Assembly (NCBI GenBank): GCA_964514565.1 | Contig: CAZERA010000003.1 | Coordinates: 25,221-89,220, forward strand | From: an uncultured Candidatus Peribacteria bacterium | GTDB taxonomy: Bacteria; Patescibacteriota; Gracilibacteria; RBG-16-42-10 | Direction: 5' to 3' | Length of the DNA: 64,000 bases | In this document: positions 10,295-19,207 of the stretch, one piece after another | Numbering within the stretch: the first letter of the stretch is position 1 | Layout of the letters: every line of letters begins with the position of its first letter | Translations under genes and position numbers: made by a program | The notes under the pieces: generated by a model | Database searches by the model: none | Seen by the model: the letters and a program-made list of their open reading frames with translations, nothing else | Told to the model about the DNA's origin: nothing

Positions 10295-12697
10295 ATGACT
10301 ATGAGTATGGGGTTGCATTTTGCCCAAAGAGCTGAGCTCGCTTTACGCCAAGATATGAGACTAGAACAACGTCTAGAAATGTCGGTGCGTTTATCGCTTA
10401 GGCAGCATGAGCTGATGGGGACGGAGGATGTAGATGATCCTCTACGGGTTCGTCATTTTGGGATTGGTTCAGGTCGCGGTCGGATAGGTGTAATAGCAAA
10501 ATTAGTAACGCCAGCACATGGCGTTGATCCATATCTTGAAGCGCAAAAATTAGAAATGTTCAGAGCGGCAGGTTTTGCTGCTCCCGAGTTGATGGGAGTA
10601 ATAGAAAGTAATAATAGACATTATATTATTACGAGATTTGTCGATGATGTAGCCAATCTGGCTACTTTGATGAAGAATACCAGTAGTCGCGACAAGTTTT
10701 TTGATGTCAGTGGTGTAGTACTCAATCAAGCTTTTCTGGATATAGTGCTTCAAGATATGCCTACGGTAGATCAGCTCAATTTGTTGGAGCATGTTGTGGA
10801 ACATATGCCTGCTAAGGTGAAGAAAGCTTTGAGTGAAGAGATTGAACAGGCTAAGAGTGTGTTGTTACCCGAAGAATTGGCAGTGGGGGCATTAAAAAAG
10901 ATTATTTTGGCCAACTCAGTTTCTTTGCAAACTCTACCCGCAAAGAAGTCTGATCTGATAGTGCGCACAATTGGCAAAAAGATTGGTCGTGCATTAGGTG
11001 AAGAACTCGCTCGTTTGCATGCAAGGGGTGTAATCAAGCACGATTTTCTACCCAGAAACTTGCTGGTCAAATTGGCGGAAGATACTGTCGCTCTCATGCA
11101 CACTGGTTTTAATGCCGTCGATTTTGTGGATGCTCCTTTGGAAAAAGCAAAACGGCTAGCAAATCTTCAAGAAGTTGGTGAGCACTTTGATGCTGCTGAT
11201 GTGCCACAGTCATTTAAGAAAGCATTTTTAGCAGGCTATTTCGGTAGACCTGAGCCAGATAGCGTAGCGGTGGTGGACGCCAAATCTGATACCAACGAGC
11301 ATGTTGTTGTAGAGCCTGAGGTTGTAGCCACACGATCACGTCTTACAAGGTTACTCGCGGGCACGAAGTATCAACATGGTGAACCTACTGAAGTGGTTGT
11401 GGCTCCTAGTGTGGCTAGAGTAAAGACTGCTTTGGAAAATGTGATTGCTCATTTGCCAATGAATCAGCTCAATTTGCATGCTATTCTGGTGCGTTGGGAG
11501 GATATTATCCAAAATGTTTTAGCTCAGACTACACCCACCTACCAAGAAATGCGGGTGCATAAAATGATTCTCTATATCTTTCATATGATGAAAGAAGGTG
11601 AAGAGGTCTCGTTACGAATGTTTGAAGATACTGATGATGAGGAGATCCGGATGGAGCAATCTTTAGCTAGTAGATTATTGGCGCCAGCTTTTGAAAAACT
11701 AGGTATACCGAGTATTCAGGAAGCTATGCATATGCTGCGTTTGGGCATTGTTTTACGTTTCGTAGAAGAAAACCTGACTGCTTCAGATGAAGAGTTGACT
11801 ACTATTATTGCGAACAGTGGATTCAATGATCATGAAGGTGAGAGCTTGGGTATCAATAGTCGTCGTACTGTGACCAAATATGTCACTGAATTAAAGTCTC
11901 TGGGCAAAGTAGCTTTGACTGCCAAAGATCGTCGCAAGGTGATCAGCTGTTTTGAGGTAGCTATTGCAACAGGGGATGTAGTGGAAACTAACAGTATTGC
12001 TGCTAAAGTGGGACTTCCACCAGAACCGGTAAGTATTGTTTTGGGAATTCTGAAACAAAAGTATCTTTTTGGCCGAGTAAAAGAGCTAGTATTGGCAGGC
12101 CAAGAAGTGGATGTGATTGATTTAGGAACGCGACTTGGAGTGGAATATGATTTGATTGAGCGAATGACCGATGATGTGCGAAAAACTATGCCTGCACAGA
12201 TTCCTGCTACTGTCGCTGCAGTGAGAAGTGAAGTGGCATTGGCACTACCAGTTGAAGAAGTTGAACCCGTAAGAACTCGTGAAGAGATCATCGCTGCTAT
12301 GGTACCCACTGATTTTGTTCAACCAACTGTGGTTGCGACACCAGTGATTGCGGTACCATCAGTTCAAGTAGAACCTCCAATCCAATCACCAGAACAACCA
12401 AGCAGAGACCATATTATCGATAGAATTACTGCAGATGTTGTCTATCCCACGGCATCATTGGCCAATGAGTTGGGTATGTCAGTAGCAGCTGTGGAGTCAT
12501 TGATACAGGCGATTTATGACGACTGGGGGTTGAGTGCTCGTTCACGAGAAGTTTTGGCTTTGATCATGGCCCCTGGTGGTATTGAGGATGATGGAATTCA
12601 GGCTAGAACTGGCTTGTCAGTGACTGAAATTCACTTTGTCGTGCGACCACTTTTATTGCGTGGTCAAATTCGGCCTGGTAGGCCTGATGGACGTTGA
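10295..12697 (+). CDS. Multidomain regulatory protein: RIO/Kdo-type kinase-like core with a sigma-54-like N-terminus, an RpoN-box-like HTH and further HTH-like repeats
   Basis: Kinase-fold motifs are a G-loop plus Lys (GIGSGRGRIGVIAK) and a catalytic loop (LHARGVIKHDFLPRNLLV). The N-terminus reads GLHFAQRAELALRQDMRLEQRLEM. Residues ~496-548 read ASDEELTTIIANSG...GINSRRTVTKYVTELKSLG...KDRRK, compared with the RpoN box [10 protein letters not shown]. Confidence 0.6.
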   Translation: MTMSMGLHFAQRAELALRQDMRLEQRLEMSVRLSLRQHELMGTEDVDDPLRVRHFGIGSGRGRIGVIAKLVTPAHGVDPYLEAQKLEMFRAAGFAAPELMGVIESNNRHYIITRFVDDVANLATLMKNTSSRDKFFDVSGVVLNQAFLDIVLQDMPTVDQLNLLEHVVEHMPAKVKKALSEEIEQAKSVLLPEELAVGALKKIILANSVSLQTLPAKKSDLIVRTIGKKIGRALGEELARLHARGVIKHDFLPRNLLVKLAEDTVALMHTGFNAVDFVDAPLEKAKRLANLQEVGEHFDAADVPQSFKKAFLAGYFGRPEPDSVAVVDAKSDTNEHVVVEPEVVATRSRLTRLLAGTKYQHGEPTEVVVAPSVARVKTALENVIAHLPMNQLNLHAILVRWEDIIQNVLAQTTPTYQEMRVHKMILYIFHMMKEGEEVSLRMFEDTDDEEIRMEQSLASRLLAPAFEKLGIPSIQEAMHMLRLGIVLRFVEENLTASDEELTTIIANSGFNDHEGESLGINSRRTVTKYVTELKSLGKVALTAKDRRKVISCFEVAIATGDVVETNSIAAKVGLPPEPVSIVLGILKQKYLFGRVKELVLAGQEVDVIDLGTRLGVEYDLIERMTDDVRKTMPAQIPATVAAVRSEVALALPVEEVEPVRTREEIIAAMVPTDFVQPTVVATPVIAVPSVQVEPPIQSPEQPSRDHIIDRITADVVYPTASLANELGMSVAAVESLIQAIYDDWGLSARSREVLALIMAPGGIEDDGIQARTGLSVTEIHFVVRPLLLRGQIRPGRPDGR

Positions 12698-12757
12698 TAG
12701 TAAGCTATTGTTTTTAGCTGCTTTTGTTGTAGTATGCCATCTTTGTATTTTTAATGT

Positions 12758-13546
12758 ATGTATTTTCATAAAGGGTTGGATGAATTGAGTGTGACACAAA
12801 CGGCTGCATTAAGAGAATCATTATTAGTTCAATTACCTTCGCAGGTTGCTTGCATTGAAGCTAGGTTAGAAGTAATTCGGGCTAGTGAGTGCAAAGGCAC
12901 ACGAAGAAAGGTTGCTAGGCTGGCTATGACACCTGGCGGACATCATGTGCGTGAACATTCACTTACTCGCAATCCTTATGTTGCTATGAGAAATAATATG
13001 ATGCTTGAAGAAAAAGCAGAATTGGAACGCGCTTTAATTGAAGGAGAAGTAGCTTTGCAGAAATTACAGCGCAATATGATGATCAATGACAATGTAAGGG
13101 CGGTAACCTGGGATTGTTTTCGGGTAGGGTTAGAGACATTGTTTGGTGATTTGAAGCAGGTGCTTTTGGATTTAGAGGCTAGTGAAGACAAAAATGTGTT
13201 TGTTGACGGAAATCCATCTCATTTACATGTTGAGCTTTATTTTAGATTGGTAGTATTAATGCTTCAGTCAAAGTATTTAGGTAATGATCGTTTGTTGGAA
13301 ATTACTAGAGTCATACAAGAGCATTCATTCCAAGCTATTAGGCTTGCATGTGGCCTGCCAATACCGACCTTGCTGAGACCAATAGCTGACCATACAATTA
13401 GTCCATTAGGATTTAATCCAGATCAGATTTTATTTGAGTTAATCAGAAAGGGACAAGAACTGGGGATGCTTGATCCAGCTGTGAAGCGCTCTGAATATTG
13501 CGCGCGATTACATAGAGCCGAGGCAGAAATGACTAGCAATAAGTAA
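12758..13546 (+). CDS. Hypothetical protein (262 aa)
   Basis: ORF in an operon-like position. No motif recognised. Confidence 0.6.
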   Translation: MYFHKGLDELSVTQTAALRESLLVQLPSQVACIEARLEVIRASECKGTRRKVARLAMTPGGHHVREHSLTRNPYVAMRNNMMLEEKAELERALIEGEVALQKLQRNMMINDNVRAVTWDCFRVGLETLFGDLKQVLLDLEASEDKNVFVDGNPSHLHVELYFRLVVLMLQSKYLGNDRLLEITRVIQEHSFQAIRLACGLPIPTLLRPIADHTISPLGFNPDQILFELIRKGQELGMLDPAVKRSEYCARLHRAEAEMTSNK

Positions 13547-13577
13547 TTTCTTACTATTTCCAATAAACTAACTCTTG

Positions 13578-14747
13578 ATGAGATTTGACCATAACCACGA
13601 CATCATCAGCAAATGGTTGGAGTTACCAGTGTATGTGGCTTCCAGTTCACAAGTTCGTCGACAGGCAGTTGCTAGTATTTTAGAGGGCGGTGATATTGTG
13701 CCAGTTAGTGTGCCTGATAACGAAGAAGGTGAAAAATGGCGAACGATTGGGGATGGAAGACTCTGTCGGGTAGATTTTTGCGGTAGTGTGCATAAAGTAG
13801 CGGAAACAAAATTGCGCTGGGTATTGGATCACCACAATGCAAAAGGAAACTTGGCATTTGCGATGGATACAGTGCCTTTTGTTTTAGAGGTACCACACCT
13901 GAGTGGAGTGAAAGATTACGATAGAAGTGCAGACTATCCATACCAATTTAGAGTTTTTCATAAGCCCAGATCAGAGGAGGCGGCGTTGGCTCAACTAGAG
14001 TTTATTTTTGGGCAGCTAGTCGAGGGATACAAACAAAGAAAAGAATTATTGAACTTACTGGGACATAAGCGATCTGTAATTGATCCGTTAATCTTAAATC
14101 TCAAGGGTAAAGCTTGGTTTGATGGTCAAGCTGAGTCAGAACGGCTCTTGGCAGATTTTAAATTACGTCAAAACTATTTAGCCTGTAGTGTACGTGTTGT
14201 CACCGGAATAGCACTCAATGTGCCTGAGCTGGATCGTATCATTACTGCCAGTCCCTATTTTGATGTGACATTTGGTACTATTGCTGCTTGGATTGATCTA
14301 GGACTTAGTGATAGTGATATTGCTAAAAGAATCAGTATCTTAGCTAGAGAGGTTCTGCATGTTCAAAAAGCTAGCGGTGGTAATCCTATTATGATTCCTG
14401 GAACTATTGATTATAGTGGTTTGGGTGACCACAAAGGACTAGCTGATCTTCTTGATTGGCAGCTCATCAATCCTCAGTTTGGATCCGTGGAAAGCGCCCA
14501 GGGGATTGCTCGCGGTGCACCTGTCGAGGCACTACAAGAATTAGTACAAGGTGCTGCATCACAAGCAAAAAATGCCGCTTATCTACCTTTTCCTGAGGGG
14601 TTTTTGCTTGGATATTCATTAGATGATGACCAAAAGATTCAAGCGTTTAATTCTGAAACGCAATGGGACATGCTGCAAAAAAGGCTAGCCAGTATGCTGC
14701 TTGAATCAAAGCGTGATTTAGAAACGATGATGGCGGGTGACGAATAA
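13578..14747 (+). CDS. Divergent Maf-like nucleotide pyrophosphatase domain protein with insertions and a C-terminal extension
   Basis: Four segments fall in the same order as B. subtilis Maf: PVYVASSSQVRRQAV.. (Maf LILAS.SPRR), AFAMDTVPFV (ADT), FHKPRSEEAALAQLE (GKP..EEA..ML) and VRVVTGIAL (H.V.TGV.L). I prefer the ATG at 13578 over the TTG at 13575. Confidence 0.4.
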   Translation: MRFDHNHDIISKWLELPVYVASSSQVRRQAVASILEGGDIVPVSVPDNEEGEKWRTIGDGRLCRVDFCGSVHKVAETKLRWVLDHHNAKGNLAFAMDTVPFVLEVPHLSGVKDYDRSADYPYQFRVFHKPRSEEAALAQLEFIFGQLVEGYKQRKELLNLLGHKRSVIDPLILNLKGKAWFDGQAESERLLADFKLRQNYLACSVRVVTGIALNVPELDRIITASPYFDVTFGTIAAWIDLGLSDSDIAKRISILAREVLHVQKASGGNPIMIPGTIDYSGLGDHKGLADLLDWQLINPQFGSVESAQGIARGAPVEALQELVQGAASQAKNAAYLPFPEGFLLGYSLDDDQKIQAFNSETQWDMLQKRLASMLLESKRDLETMMAGDE

Positions 14748-14763
14748 TATCCAAGTGTTTTAC

Positions 14764-14797
14764 AAAAAAGCTTTGTACTGAAATCGATAGTACAAAG
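14764..14797 (-). terminator. Rho-independent terminator downstream of tRNA-Glu
   Basis: 9-bp stem (ctttgtact / agtacaaag) with a 9-nt loop, followed on the minus strand by c plus T6. It also closes the plus-strand operon that ends at 14747. Confidence 0.65.
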
Positions 14798-14807
14798 AAC
14801 TACAATA

Positions 14808-14827
14808 CATCCCGCATGCGCAGGATG
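14808..14827. repeat. GC-rich palindromic hairpin, family member 2 (catcccgcatgcgcaggatg, imperfect)
   Basis: Near-palindrome containing the gcatgc core. It abuts and slightly overlaps the 3' CCA end of tRNA-Glu. Confidence 0.5.
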
Positions 14828-14900
14828 GTAGGGCCAGGGGGAATTGAACCCCCGTTTACAGGATGAAAACCTGTTGTCCTAACCACTAGACGATGGCCCC
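14826..14900 (-). tRNA. tRNA-Glu (anticodon UUC)
   Basis: Hand-folded cloverleaf: GGGGCCA/TGGCCCT acceptor stem (G1-U72), D arm GTC-TAGTGGTTAG-GAC, anticodon arm ACAGG-TTTTCAT-CCTGT, T arm GGGGG-TTCAATT-CCCCC, encoded CCA. Confidence 0.9.
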
Positions 14901-15042
14901 ATATGATTTTCTGCGAGCAGACTATAATCAAGGCCCCCTGTCTTGTAAAGCTACTAGCACATGGATGAGTCAAGCCCGTAAATAGAAAGTGCTTGAGTGA
15001 TTGCGCTGAGTCTCATACTATAGCCCGGTATAATCACTCTTT

Positions 15043-16236
15043 ATGAAACGTATTTTTAGTACATTGTGTGTGATGGGTATGTTGATTCCCGCCCAACTAG
15101 TATTGGCAGATACTTTCACTGCCCCTACTATTCCTGCCGGCACTATCTCTGATCAAACAAGCAAAGAAATCACTGATGTTTATGCGTTGATCAATGGAGC
15201 CCCAATCACTTGTACTGCTGATTGTCCTAGCTGGGAACAAACTGAGACTGATTTGAAAGATGCAAAAAGCAAAGTAGAACATTTACTAGATACTTTGGAT
15301 AGCCAAGCTAAAGTAATGGTGCCCGAATTGACTAATCTAGCTATCAACAAAAACGCCTTTGAGACTATGGTTCAAGGTGCCAATGGTGAAACTCGCGCTG
15401 AGTGTCCTGCTACTGGAGATTTAGTGTTCCATTTTGAAAGCCTTGCGTATTGTTTTGATCGTAGTAGCGATGTGGATGGTCTACTGACCTCACTATCAAA
15501 CTACGGCCAGAATAAACCTTCTAGTACACCAACTCGTTCATTTCTAGTCATTCTCAATATTCTCACTGATCTATCAAACCTATCTCGTCAGGTCAATGCT
15601 AATGTACTGGCTGCTACGCAAGCTAAAGCAGCATGTGCTAACAATGTTTTAGATACTCGCTGTACAGTCAACGCGCTCAAGCAACCTCGGATTGATACAC
15701 ATGAGACTGGTACTTTGCTTTTCCAAGATGTGCAAGATCACTGGGCTGGACAGTATATTCAAACCTTATTTGCCAAGGGTATTATCAAAGGACGTACTGC
15801 GACCACCTTCGCCCCAGACTTATCAGTAACTCGAGCTGAGTTGCTCAAAATGGTTATTTTAGCGACTGAAAAAGATGTTAGCCAATTCACTACTCGTGAT
15901 ACTGGCTTTTCTGATGTGCCGCATAGTCATGATCTTTCTGTTTATGTCACCTATGCTCGTTTGCAAGGTTGGGTCACAGGTCAAAATGGTTTATTCTATC
16001 CAGATAGACCGGTCAGTAGTTTTGAAGCAATCAAAATTGTCTTCAATGCCTTTGGTGTAGCTCTCGGTTCTAGTGAACATTCTACTTTGCCTGGGGTACA
16101 GGATGGTGAACAAGCAAAATATATCGAGACTGCTCGGATCAGAAATCTGACGACCTCACCTGATATGCCTCAGCTTCGTCCAAACGAGCCAATTTCACGC
16201 GCAAATATCGCTAGAATTATTGCGTCCCTTTTATAG
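15043..16236 (+). CDS. Secreted SLH-domain envelope protein
   Basis: Signal peptide MKRIFSTLCVMGMLIPAQLVLA. The C-terminus carries SLH repeats (FQDVQDHWAGQYIQTLFAKGIIKG...FAPDLSVTRAELLKMV; FSDVPHSHDLSVYVTYARLQGWVTG). Confidence 0.8.
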   Translation: MKRIFSTLCVMGMLIPAQLVLADTFTAPTIPAGTISDQTSKEITDVYALINGAPITCTADCPSWEQTETDLKDAKSKVEHLLDTLDSQAKVMVPELTNLAINKNAFETMVQGANGETRAECPATGDLVFHFESLAYCFDRSSDVDGLLTSLSNYGQNKPSSTPTRSFLVILNILTDLSNLSRQVNANVLAATQAKAACANNVLDTRCTVNALKQPRIDTHETGTLLFQDVQDHWAGQYIQTLFAKGIIKGRTATTFAPDLSVTRAELLKMVILATEKDVSQFTTRDTGFSDVPHSHDLSVYVTYARLQGWVTGQNGLFYPDRPVSSFEAIKIVFNAFGVALGSSEHSTLPGVQDGEQAKYIETARIRNLTTSPDMPQLRPNEPISRANIARIIASLL

Positions 16237-16246
16237 TTCTCGTTGA

Positions 16247-17251
16247 TTAACGAGTTTTATTAGTACTAAGCATCTTGGTCAAAGTCGCTTCACTGATCAG
16301 CTTGAGATAGTGGAGTGCTTTGCTTGGATGATCGCCGACCGTGGTCTCATCTGATAGCATCACTCCGTTTGCGCCTTGGCGCACTGCGAGAGCAATGTCA
16401 TTGATCTCAGCACGAGTAGGCATGGGATTTTTGACCATAGAGTAAAGCATCTGAGTGGCCACGATTACTGGCTTGTGTTGTTTTCGGCCCTCATTGATGA
16501 TTTCTTCTTGGTTGCTAGGTAGGTCTACTAATTCAGCTTCCAAAGCTAAGTCACCACGAGCTACCATCAACATATCGCTTTGGGCTGTGATCTCAGCAAT
16601 ATTGTCTACTGCAGCTTGGGTTTCAATTTTACTAAGTAGCAAGACTTTTTTGCCACGCTGAGCTAAATATTCTTTTACTTCGACTACAGGTTTGCTGTTT
16701 TGGATGAAAGAGAGGGCGACGATATCGATTGGTTTGTCCAAGACATAGGCCAGATCCTGCCAGTCTTTTTCAGTCAGTGCTGCCGTATGAATTGGCGCAC
16801 TGGTATGCAAATGCATCTTGTGTTTGATGGTGAAGCTACCTTCACATTGCAGTAGCACTTTGTCATCATCTTTTTCAATAATACGGCCACTACCATAACC
16901 TTCACCAAAAATAATCTTACTTTCCACTGGGAGCTGTGCGAGCACATCAGCCAGTGAGAGGCGATAGTCAGTAGCTTGATTACTAATTGTAATGAGATCA
17001 CCGTCATTAACAGTGAGTGTAGCCTCTGCTGGAGTCATGATGCGCAGTGATGGCCCAGAGATATCGGCTAATACTTTGATATGAGGGTATTGGGCTTTGA
17101 GCATGATGATGTCACGGAACAATTCGTCGTACCATTCATGGGTACCATGAGAGAAATTAAGTCGCAAAATAGTAGCGCCTTGTTCTATCAGTTGCATGAG
17201 GGTGGGGAGGGGGCGAGAAGCAGGACCAATGGTGATGACGTATTCGAGCAT
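16247..17251 (-). CDS. pyk: Pyruvate kinase, short form (334 aa, apparently without the C-terminal regulatory domain)
   Basis: ITIGPAS...ILRLNFSHGTHEW...KVLADISGPSLRI and ...MVARGDLALE... are canonical PK motifs. The ORF ends soon after the A-domain. Confidence 0.8.
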   Translation of the reverse strand: MLEYVITIGPASRPLPTLMQLIEQGATILRLNFSHGTHEWYDELFRDIIMLKAQYPHIKVLADISGPSLRIMTPAEATLTVNDGDLITISNQATDYRLSLADVLAQLPVESKIIFGEGYGSGRIIEKDDDKVLLQCEGSFTIKHKMHLHTSAPIHTAALTEKDWQDLAYVLDKPIDIVALSFIQNSKPVVEVKEYLAQRGKKVLLLSKIETQAAVDNIAEITAQSDMLMVARGDLALEAELVDLPSNQEEIINEGRKQHKPVIVATQMLYSMVKNPMPTRAEINDIALAVRQGANGVMLSDETTVGDHPSKALHYLKLISEATLTKMLSTNKTR

Positions 17252-17303
17252 AGATTTTTATATTCATACTATTCTACTCGTTTCTAGCTAGCCTGTCATG
17301 ATC

Positions 17304-18677
17304 TTACCCTTGCTTACTGAGCACAACGATGTTTTCGATATGGTAAGTATGGGGAAACATGTCTACCGGTTGGATTGCCTTTACTTGGTATCCAGAAGCG
17401 ATTAATAACTTGAGATCACGTGCCTGAGTGGTGGGATTGCAAGAAATGTACACGAGCTTCTTGAGTGGCATAGCAATGATTTGTTCTAGGGCTTCAGGTA
17501 GCAATCCTGCTCTAGGTGGATCAATAATGGCTATAGTAGGGGATAGTTTTAATTCGGTCAGTACTTCTCCTGCATCGCCTACATAGAATTGGGCATTGCT
17601 GCAGTTATTTTTTTGAGCATTTTCTTGAGCACTTTTAATCGCATCGGGCACATTGTCGATACCCACTACTTGTTTGGCTTTGCGACTAGCAAATAAACCA
17701 AGTGTCCCAGTACCACAATAAAGATCTAAGACAACATCTTCTTTGCTGATCTCAGCGAAATTGAGTGCTTGTTGGTACAGCAATACTGCTTGGCGAGGAT
17801 TTGGTTGAAAGAAAGCATCTGGGTAGATATCGAAGTGCAAAGTGTCCCAAGGTTTGGCGAGCTCTAGTGATTCAGCGATGAATTTCTCACCCCAGAGGTC
17901 AGTACTGACTCGGCGAGTAGGTTTACCTTTTTCGCTAATGATTTGGGTATGCAGAGCACTTTTGATTTGGGCCACTGCCATGGTGCGCTTTTCTAGGTCT
18001 TCTACATTGGTCAATTTGCCGCCTTTGGTAATGATATGGATCATAAACTCGTCTTTTTGATTGTGACGAATGATAACACTCATCAATAGCCCTCCATCAT
18101 TACGTTGTTCATAGATAGAGATATTATTTTCATCAGCCCAGTCACGCACTACCTTTACCAAGGCTGCATAATAAGGGTGGGGGAGGAAGCATTCCTGTAG
18201 GTCGATCACATCGTAGTGATAGCCCTTTGGATGGAGACCTAGTCGTTTTTTTTGTTCTGGGTCCACAGCGAAACTAAACTCCATCTTGTTGCGATAGAAC
18301 CATGGATTGGTACAGCCAATGATAGGCGAGATGGGGAAGTCCTTGATACCGCCAAGGTGATCTAGGCTTTCAGCTACAATTTGTTGTTTGTAAAAAAGCT
18401 GGTCCTCATAAGAAAGAAACTGCCAGGTACAACCGCCACAAGTACCGAAATGTTTGCATCGAGCTTGGATCCGTTGTTCTGCTGGTTTCAAGATTTCCAT
18501 AATCTTGCCCTCAGCATAACTATTTTTCTTTTTGCTGATGCGAATAGTTACTTCATCTCCTGGTACTGCTTCAGCTACGAATATCTTTAATCCTTCATAC
18601 TCAGCAATGCCTAGTCCACCAAAGGCCAGCTTGGCAATCGTACAATTAAGAACTTGGCCTTTTTTTAAAGTAGACAT
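17304..18677 (-). CDS. rlmD: 23S rRNA (uracil-C5)-methyltransferase, RlmD/RumA family (TRAM plus SAM methyltransferase)
   Basis: Three features support the call: an N-terminal TRAM-like domain, a Cys cluster CKHFGTCGGCTWQ, and the SAM motifs VLDLYCGTGTLG and IIDPPRAG. Confidence 0.75.
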   Translation of the reverse strand: MSTLKKGQVLNCTIAKLAFGGLGIAEYEGLKIFVAEAVPGDEVTIRISKKKNSYAEGKIMEILKPAEQRIQARCKHFGTCGGCTWQFLSYEDQLFYKQQIVAESLDHLGGIKDFPISPIIGCTNPWFYRNKMEFSFAVDPEQKKRLGLHPKGYHYDVIDLQECFLPHPYYAALVKVVRDWADENNISIYEQRNDGGLLMSVIIRHNQKDEFMIHIITKGGKLTNVEDLEKRTMAVAQIKSALHTQIISEKGKPTRRVSTDLWGEKFIAESLELAKPWDTLHFDIYPDAFFQPNPRQAVLLYQQALNFAEISKEDVVLDLYCGTGTLGLFASRKAKQVVGIDNVPDAIKSAQENAQKNNCSNAQFYVGDAGEVLTELKLSPTIAIIDPPRAGLLPEALEQIIAMPLKKLVYISCNPTTQARDLKLLIASGYQVKAIQPVDMFPHTYHIENIVVLSKQG

Positions 18678-18814
18678 GGAGAAGTAAAAAAGATGAACTC
18701 GGTGCAGATCTTATAGATTTTTATCCTAGCTGTCACAAGTATTAGTTTTTAATGCATGTTTAATTGCCAGATGTGTCAAATTGAGTTATAAAGTATTCTA
18801 CTATTTAATTGCGT

Positions 18815-19204
18815 ATGGCTCTAGAGAGTACACGGAAACCAATCTTATTAGTTGAAGACGACGCTTTTATGCCAATTATTGTGCGTGAGCGTTTTAAAGA
18901 TCAGCTTGAGGTTGTGATTTTAGCTACCACACTTACGGACGCATTAGACGCATTAGAAGCATTAGCAAGACTAGATACCCGTGCGGGGATTATCAGTGAT
19001 CTTAAATTAACTGAAAATGGTTTGGAAGGAATGCAGGTACTTGAACAAGCAATTAGTCGGGGGTTCCGTGATCTTATCTTATTCACTAGTACTCCAGAAG
19101 AAGTGCCGGCGGGATGGCTAAAAGAACATCCTCAGGTACAGCTAGTGAGTAAAAAGGGGTTGCAACCGATCGTTACTGCTGTGGATAATTGGAACAGAAA
19201 ATAG
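18815..19204 (+). CDS. Stand-alone response-regulator receiver (CheY-like) protein
   Basis: ILLVEDDAF (acidic pocket), IISDLKL (phospho-acceptor Asp), LFTST and VSKKG fall at the expected spacing. No output domain is present. The ATG at 18815 lies inside the TTG-started track ORF. Confidence 0.6.
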   Translation: MALESTRKPILLVEDDAFMPIIVRERFKDQLEVVILATTLTDALDALEALARLDTRAGIISDLKLTENGLEGMQVLEQAISRGFRDLILFTSTPEEVPAGWLKEHPQVQLVSKKGLQPIVTAVDNWNRK

Positions 19205-19207
19205 TGG

